Positions 56,208 to 64,000 of a DNA stretch of 64,000 nt are shown in pieces. The notes below the pieces were generated by a model, which was not told where the DNA came from, did not search any database, and saw nothing but the letters and a program-made list of their open reading frames with translations. Both the position numbers and the translations under genes were made by a program. Every line of letters begins with the position of its first letter. The stretch's first letter is position 1. Source of the stretch: Fimbriosthenelais zetlandica (taxonomy: Eukaryota); the NCBI GenBank assembly GCA_977030845.1, contig OZ365115.1, positions 6,572,001 to 6,636,000 on the forward strand. Reading direction: 5' to 3'.

Positions 56208-59200
56208 CACATAGATCTAGGAAATCCGTTACCTAGAGGCCTCTCCCAAAAAATAAAGAGCTTTGCATGCTCTTTCAGCTGTTTTAGAAATTCTGTAAAA
56301 TTCCTTAGTTCAATCAGGTTTCAGCAGAAATCGAGGTTATGGTCTCCGGTCATTGTAGATTCCACTAATTGTTGGATAAGAATAAAACACAACTGTTTTT
56401 GATTCTAGAATGGGCAGATCTACCTTAGGAGGTAAAGATTAACCATAGCCGCCCTTGGAGATAAAGCAGTTTCGTCAAAGAATAAGTGACCTCTCCATTG
56501 CGAGCTTAAACGGCTTTACCCTTGGAAGTACCAGCTGGCATTTTTTCCTTCCTAGCCATGATTCACCAGGATGGCCAGCTGTGGAGAGTGGCCATCACAG
56601 GCGGAGTGTGGTAGGTGACATCTCACCCCATACTCCCACATAATAGATACTCCTTCTATTTTTATACCCCTCAGCAGATTACGACCTCTGGACTCCTCAT
56701 TTGTCAATGGTAGACACTTCGGGAGACCTTAGACATGGGTTCAGAGGGACATGCAGTAATGGAAGATTCTATTGTGGGTTAGGCCTATAAATTGTTGTTA
56801 TGAGGCCTCCTTAATTCTCTACTAAATCAATGTTGTTTAGGGGGGTTTTGATCTATAGTCCACACTCAAATGCCAAAAAACACTGTCTCTTTGCTTCTTG
56901 AAACTAACGTTAGCCACAATATCGATCAGGTGTGCTACACCCAGCACACTTCTGAGCTCTGAAGGGTTGGATGCCACCACTCAATGAAAGGCCTCAAGGG
57001 GTGGGGGCATAGAAACAGCCTTTGAATCAACCCTCTCACGAGAGCCTTCTGGTCCACAAATAAATCTAGGTTTTAATTTCCAGCTGGGTACCTGACATCT
57101 TAATGAACCAATTTTGGTTTCCAAGTGTGATCATGTATCATGTACATTGATTTACTTCCATTTTAATCTTCTGACTGTCTCCCTCATATCATGAACACGA
57201 CGTATTGCATCTGGAATCCCACTGGGCCATGCGTGGGGTTTTATTACTTTGATAGAGCAACCCTACAACATTACGTTTGAACATTTGATGCACGGTTCCT
57301 ATTTTTCCAACTTCCATTTTCAGTAACGTCAGGCCTGAATGTGGGGATCATTTTCCTGACTATAATTATAACCATGGGAGGCCGGGTCTCAGAAGCCTTT
57401 TTATCATTCCCTCTCATGTGCTCGCCTACCACCACTTCACAAGGCCAGGCAGGCTATGTGGTTGAGATGGCGAAATGACCTTTAGCTAATGCCTGTTTGA
57501 ACCCCGTGAGCCCGGGCATCAAAATGTCTCTACTCTGAGGCTCAGGTGGTGTCAGGCATCTATAAAGGTCCAGAAACCAAGCTCTTTGTCCTCACAAATG
57601 TATCATTATCAAAGCAACTGGTAGCTGTTCCTTTCCTATAAGAGATACCGCCACATTTCTCTGTGGAAAAGCACAGCTAAGAACTTCCTTGAAACTGCAA
57701 TAAAACCAAATGCCACAGACTGTAATAGATATATCTTTATCCCACTGTATCATATGAAGCATACCCAGGTTCTCCATCATATCAAGGGCATGCCCTTGTT
57801 TCCTAGCTATCAAGGATACTCTGTCCATATTTTCTTTTTTGGGTGCAACATCAATATATCAAGCAGTGCGAAGACAAACCCGGTTAGGCCAATATCCTGT
57901 TGACATACATGATGCTAAATTACATGCTTCCTGTACAGGTTTCAGGGGACAATTACTTATCCCTGAAATATAAATGACCTGATATTTACGCTTTAATAGA
58001 AATACAACCGACCTTTATACTTCAATTTTATGACCCTTTAAATCAGAAGTTTCGTTTTTCCAATATGGCATGCATGATAAGCTATCACCTCATATATGTT
58101 GTATACATGCAACCTGAGATCCATGACGTCAATGTCTTCCTAAAATATCAGAGCAGACAACATTCATTCACAGAGCCAAAACTTGTCAGCTTTTTGGCTG
58201 CATGAAACAGGACTTTAGGCCATCTCGTGCCTTGTTTTCTCCTGGGTAAATGACGTTCTTACATTAATTGACGAGACAAGTCAAGTAGACTATACACAAA
58301 GGTAATAATACCTGGTAAAAATAGCCCCAATGTGGCTGGACTATACTCATGGAAACCCATAACTGGTCTTATATGGTAAGTGTGTCAGGTACTTTGCCCA
58401 TTTATTACTGTCATTCATCTCCTTTGATCCCCCAATGTAATATCAATATGTAACTAATAATATTCCTCTTATGCGTGCTTATATTATGAGAAATGTGGTT
58501 CAGGGTGTCTCGCAGGGGCTTGATTTTGCCAATTTCGCATGCATGCAATAAGCAACATCCTCTCATCGGCGGATGTCGTAAAAGATCAGGAGACAAGACC
58601 AGTTTATGGCCTGTCATAGATCTTGCAGGTACTGCCGATTGATTTTATTGCTTTCCTGTATATACACGGCAGGTAGTCGTGGGCCTGTTTTAAGAAGCAC
58701 ATTAAGCCGCGCCATCTATTTAGCATTGCTAACACTGCTTTTGAAACGGGCTCCTGCAGGTGGTGCCTTATCGTTCTCTGTGGACCCCCTTTAAGAATGA
58801 TGTCTACAAGGATATTTTTGTGATGAAGTTTTACGTGCAGGTGTTACTGTTTTTATTGAAATCAACACTATAGAAGTCTACTCAAGTCTAGTGGTTTTCT
58901 CAGTATATTCACAGTATTTTGAAGACCCACTAATGGCATCTCTCATATATATAATGCATCATATTCTTTTCTTTTTTACAGGTGATCCACAGAAGAGGTA
59001 TATGATCAGAAGCTAGAGACGTAGACTGTGATAGAGACTGGGTTGTTGTGTAGTCATACTGAGGGGACAATTCTTGAGACAGCAATCGATCCATAGGAAA
59101 GAAACTGCCTACGGCGGCACAAACATGGCGCTGATAACAGGTGCTATTTATATCTGCAGGACATGGGCTTGAGGAAGTAGAAAAAGAGGAACATACCTAC

Positions 59201-60864
59201 CCATAACTGCCACCAACACTCCTGCTGGCACCACCCAGAGCACCACTATCGCAATTAGTGACACCATTGCCTCTATCACCGCTACTTGTGGCACCACAAT
59301 TCTGATCTGATACAGAGTGAAAGCACCAAGGCCATTACTTCAGAAACTCAGGACTCAACCTCTTCCAGATAAGAATAACTCGCCAGCAATTGCTTGAGTA
59401 CTCCCTCTGGGATCCACGGTTCACTATTCTATATCATACCATCCATCAGGATTGCTGTGGGTTCTGCTTTCCATAATTGTTTTTGATGGAGAAGGATTAG
59501 CTGAACAAGAACAGCCAGGTATATCCAACCCATCCTACTGAGAATTTACACTACAAAGGAAACAGTTGGAAGTTAAATCACTCGGAGATAAACATCAAAG
59601 GGACGTCATTAGGCAGTAAGTAGGCTACAACAGTGAGCCGTTGATGAGCACTGAGAGCCATCTAGGTAATGTTTGAGAACCATGCTGGCCATGCCAACAA
59701 TGCAAGATTGTGGACCACCAGCATCCTTCTCCTGCCTCCTCTCCAGCCGACACACCTACACTTTCCCAGACACACACCACACTCCTTCAGACTCATTCTG
59801 GTGACATTTCCTTGCTTTTAAAATAGAAAGTTATGAGCGTCCCATTGCATCGGTTATCGTTAAAGGTCGCTCTGTTCCGCTGCCAATGAGAGCCATCCAA
59901 CACTTCTGGTGTGGATTATTTTTTGCCACGGAAGGGCTTTGCCCTCACATAAAGGGAAAAGCCTCTTGGGAAATTGCTGAGGAAATACAGCTTGAATGGC
60001 CCAATTGAATGCAGAATCACTTTACTGCATGGTTCTGGATATAGAGGGACATGGTCAGATTGCTATTGCCATGGATTATTTGAGTAAGCAAGTTGGACGT
60101 AGCACCCTTCAAATTAAGTTCTGAGTGGCAATGTTGATAATGAGTGGACTTCCCCCTCGCACCTCCCATCTAAACCAACTGACGTAATCTTCATGATCAA
60201 CAGCACATCTTTTCTTCATTTCTCACGGCGTCTCAAGGTTAGATAATCCCCATTTCTTTCTTGATGATTGTTCCGAAAAGAAAGGCACTGCAGGGCAGGA
60301 TTTGTTGCCCATGAGGATCATTCATTCTCAGAAGGCAAGCACTACTACCTCTCTTCTCATAACCAGATTATCCCCTCAGGCGTCAACTGGGACTATTTTT
60401 TTCCGATTCATTGTGAGGTAAGGTGGCTGAGGAAGCAAGGGAGAACCCATCCAAGGGTTCATCCAAAGCAGGGTCTCATGCCCTAACGAAGTCCCTTGTA
60501 AATCTTGTGATAGTAATCAGTTATTGCTCCATGTAGCTGAATAATATTTGCCCAAGCTTAATACCATTTTGGACCATCCCACAGACACTGTGACCGGCTT
60601 ATCAGAGGACCCCCTCTCTTATCCTTATTCAATGAAGACCAGGAGATCTTATCGGTCCCAAAATAATAACCTCGTATCTTCCAGATTTTCCCCTCCGCTA
60701 CATTTTATCCACATATCCAATTCTGATGTGGAGTGATTTCTCCAGGGTTGTTCCTAAGCCCTTGTAGTGTTCTTACTGCTAAAGACAAATACAGTTGATT
60801 TTCATCAGAGGGTTATGTTTTGTGACTAATTATTCGGTACATAAGGACCTGTTCAAGAACTTTC

Positions 60865-61079
60865 TATATAAAACATTGTGTGACGTAAGGAGAGGAAAGA
60901 CAGTATATTGAGGTTGAAATCACCATGGTAACCAATATGATAGATCTGAGGGTGACTGATGTGGATTCAGAGGAACTTGGACCGTCGGATCCCCCTTCTG
61001 GCATGAGGCTAGAGACAGCCCGGAAGTCCGATGCAAGCCTTGATACCAGCACAGAAGACCTCAGCCAACCAGTGTACAG
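60865..61079 (+). CDS. Probable first exon of an unidentified gene: TATA box, short 5' UTR and coding part 60925-61079 (MVTNMIDLRVTDVDSEELGPSDPPSGMRLETARKSDASLDTSTEDLSQPVY...)
   Basis: TATATAAA at 60865-60872, TGACGT at 60881, Inr-like CAGT at 60901, Kozak ACCATGG at 60925, a 51-codon open frame and a phase 2 donor AG|GTAGGG. Confidence 0.5.
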
Positions 61080-64000
61080 GTAGGGCCTTTGTTTTATGAT
61101 TAATTACCGTTCGTTGGTCCTCTTTTTTAATCATGATATTACGCAGTTTATTAGGACATTCGGGATAGATTGTAGGCCTATCTGCGAGTTATTTTCAGGA
61201 AGCCAATAATCTAGTCACCAAAGCATCCATGGGATTCAAGTTCTTGCTATACCAATAGCAATTCTCGATTAATCTCATACAAGTACATGCCTTTTTGCTT
61301 TTGTTCTCTGTCATTTTTCGATGTAGAACTACTAGTTGTTCTGTTGCACAGGAAATTGTAATTTAGATAATATGCCAGTGGGTCTGGAGCAATATAAGGA
61401 CATCTGGCAGCATTGACTGGTGCTTGCTGAGAGTGTCATGTGAAATTAGCCGTGATAGGAGAAAAATCTGGCGCTGACCAAGCCACGTACCCATTAATCA
61501 CTCTCACTATGTGGTCCATTTCCACTCTGTTGATGTGATAAGTTCTAAATAATGTTTGGAAGTTTGGATTCTTCCATTATCACATTGTACCGTATCTGCA
61601 GGAGGTTATTTCAGTCGTGTTGATAAACTTCCCGCTCAAATCAGGTCGGAAAAAATTGAAACCAGTTATAACTTTATGACAGTTATGAAATAAATTTCTA
61701 TCTCGTGTAAACCCATACATGTACCCATTACATAACCCCCCTCTCCAAAACATGTTGCCACCTCCCCTCATGCTACCCTGCTACACACTCACCTATCCTG
61801 CCACCCTCCCACTCACCAACCCATCCTGCGACCCCCCCCCCCCACCCCCCCTTACCTATGCAATCATCCAGCAAAAGATCCTTACTACTTAGCCGAATAG
61901 TAAAGCTAGGTTATAAATGACAGTACAGTTAATCTTTCTTGTCACCATCTTCATATTCAACATCCAATTAATGCCTCATCTCCTCTTAGTTCTGCCAGGG
62001 ATTTCCTTATTAATTTGCAAATTGAAAATATGTCAGAATGATAATGACTTTTCCTTACATATAAATTGATTTTGACATGGCCTAATGAGTAATTTGCAAT
62101 ATAATACAATATATTGAGTGACATGTGCGTATGCAATGAATTAGACATATCGTATGTCTTATAAATTTATGACCTTTTTTCATGAATCGTGGATTTGTTA
62201 TCAAACATTAGACCCTATTAATACACCATTCTTTACCTTTGATGTGTTTCTGAACACATTTTAACTGTAAAATAATTAAATAGTTGTGACCATATATGGG
62301 GGTTGAGCATGATCGATAGGAATCGGAGAAAAAACGTCTCATGAGCTCCATCATGGATATTACAACTAAGGTGTCAGCATATTGGTTTGCCGCTAAAACA
62401 ATGCCAATGATGAATAGGTTGGCTGAAACCATGGCCTGAGAAGAAAGGATTAAAAATGGAGACATGGGGGTTGTTTCAAAATGAATATTACCAATACTCT
62501 AAGTCTATGGCTAATATTCCTTTTGAAACAAGCTCCTGGTGGCATTATTGCAGCTACAACATTCAGACCATGTGTTAATAACTATTCATCATTCGGTCTG
62601 TCCAAACTTGACGTGGTATTATCAATAACAAATATCTGGCCATGGCAGAAGTGACTCCCCTGCATAGTGGGCAGAATACGACTCCCAGGGAACTAGGCCT
62701 ACTCTTATGAGGCAATGGGAGAAGTAAAGTAAAGCATTAAGAATGTCATTTGTTTCACCAGTTGGATTCTCATGGACAATCTGCGTTTTCTTATATTTAT
62801 GGTCATGGTCTTAAAACAATGCCTCACATGATTGATGGGGCTGAATACAGAAACGAAGGAAGGGACAGGATTTAAAAATAGATTTACAAGATTCTGTCCC
62901 TTGGCAAGGTAAATATTAAGATTCAGTAACAGAGAAGGAGCAGGCGCATTGACAGATCTACAAGGATTCTGTTCCTTGGCAAACATTAATAGATGTTTTC
63001 TTGCCCGTTTCAATTTCACACATTGTGGACTAAGAAGGATTCAATTTCACACACGATAAACTAGACCCCTGGCAGAATTAGGCATATTAATCAACCACAT
63101 AAAAATTGAACATCAGGGTAATTGATTGGTCTTATGAATGAATATATTATATGTTATAATGATAGGAACATGGATGTTTAATTAGAGAGAGAAAGACAAG
63201 AAGTAAAACGAAAAAAGCATTGATCTTTGTCCAACAATAATTTAGCCAATGTAATGGATGTGCATTGTCAGGGAGACACCGTGTCGGCCAAAGCCTGTAC
63301 TGAGCACTCTGTGGAATGGCTTATAATGATGCTGAATGTTCCCACGAGGAGGCAGCTCTGTGCTTCCAACATACATTGGAAGCTTCAGTGAATACAACTG
63401 GTGACCAGGTTCTCCATAATCTTCTCTCTTAATCTCGTCTTCTCTTAATAATCATATATATCCCCATATCTGGCTGTTATTTATGAAGTCAGTTTTGTAG
63501 GCCAAAACATTGTCACAGGACAAGGCATTTTACAAGGGGCTGGTTGAATCTAAAATGTGATGATACCTCTAAATAATTTATTTTTCACATTTTTGCATTT
63601 TTATTCATTTGAGTCATCCATACTGCAGACACTGGCAAATTTTAATCAGTGCATTTGAACTATATGGAATAGAAATACCTCGAACCAACACAATTGGCAC
63701 GACTTATTTTGCGTAACCCCCATCAACACCGTCCAAATTTCCTTCCTTTTGCCTTCTGCATGCAGGTGAGGAGGTGACCATGGATACTGGTGTATTTTGA
63801 TAGCACATGAGGGCAGCACTTGTTGTTGCCATGGAGACGTCAATGGTCCTCCATCTGGTGGTGGTTATATGATTCAGCCTTTGGACTCCTAATGGCTCGT
63901 TGAGAACTCTTTCAGCTTATTTTTAGTCACCATTCATTAATCATTGCTATAGAATTAATAGATATTTACCATGACATTGGAGTTACAGTGTCTTAATATT

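Noticed and set aside
62208-62465. Hydrophobic 85-aa minus-strand ORF
   Set aside because: No family motifs and no supporting splice structure.

Overview
Intron-rich, AT-rich animal genomic DNA, probably from a marine invertebrate; the species cannot be determined from the window. I assembled genes by hand from GT-AG junctions and frame continuity. In order: (1) the 3' part of an outer-arm axonemal dynein heavy chain, DNAH5/DNAH8-type (+, <1-21103, about 60 exons), with a nested repeat/MITE cluster in one ~1 kb intron. (2) A complete IMMP1L gene (-, 21543-22648) that the ORF track misses because its exons are short. (3) A calumenin/reticulocalbin gene (+, 24431-28730) sharing a ~200 bp divergent promoter with IMMP1L and carrying a tandem-duplicated, frame-incompatible EF-hand exon pair (7a/7b). 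(4) A 5-exon orphan gene with a Lys/Glu-rich tract and a stathmin-like helix (-, 31219-34000). (5) A 5'-truncated L2/CR1-type LINE with an (ATTGA)9 tail. (6) A divergent class A GPCR (+, 39123-41261). (7) An intronless GT92/DUF23-like ORF that stops before the DxD motif (+, 41962-42993). (8) A 17-finger C2H2 protein with CtBP-type motifs (+, 44378-46723). (9) A gene-poor 47-64 kb region with decayed reading frames, promoter-like motifs and a probable TATA-driven first exon at 60925. The best leads are the calumenin mutually exclusive exons, the IMMP1L-CREC head-to-head pair (echoing the vertebrate IMMP1L-ELP4-PAX6-RCN1 locus) and a strong excess of the palindrome TAGGCCTA. I found no rRNA, tRNA or CRISPR array.
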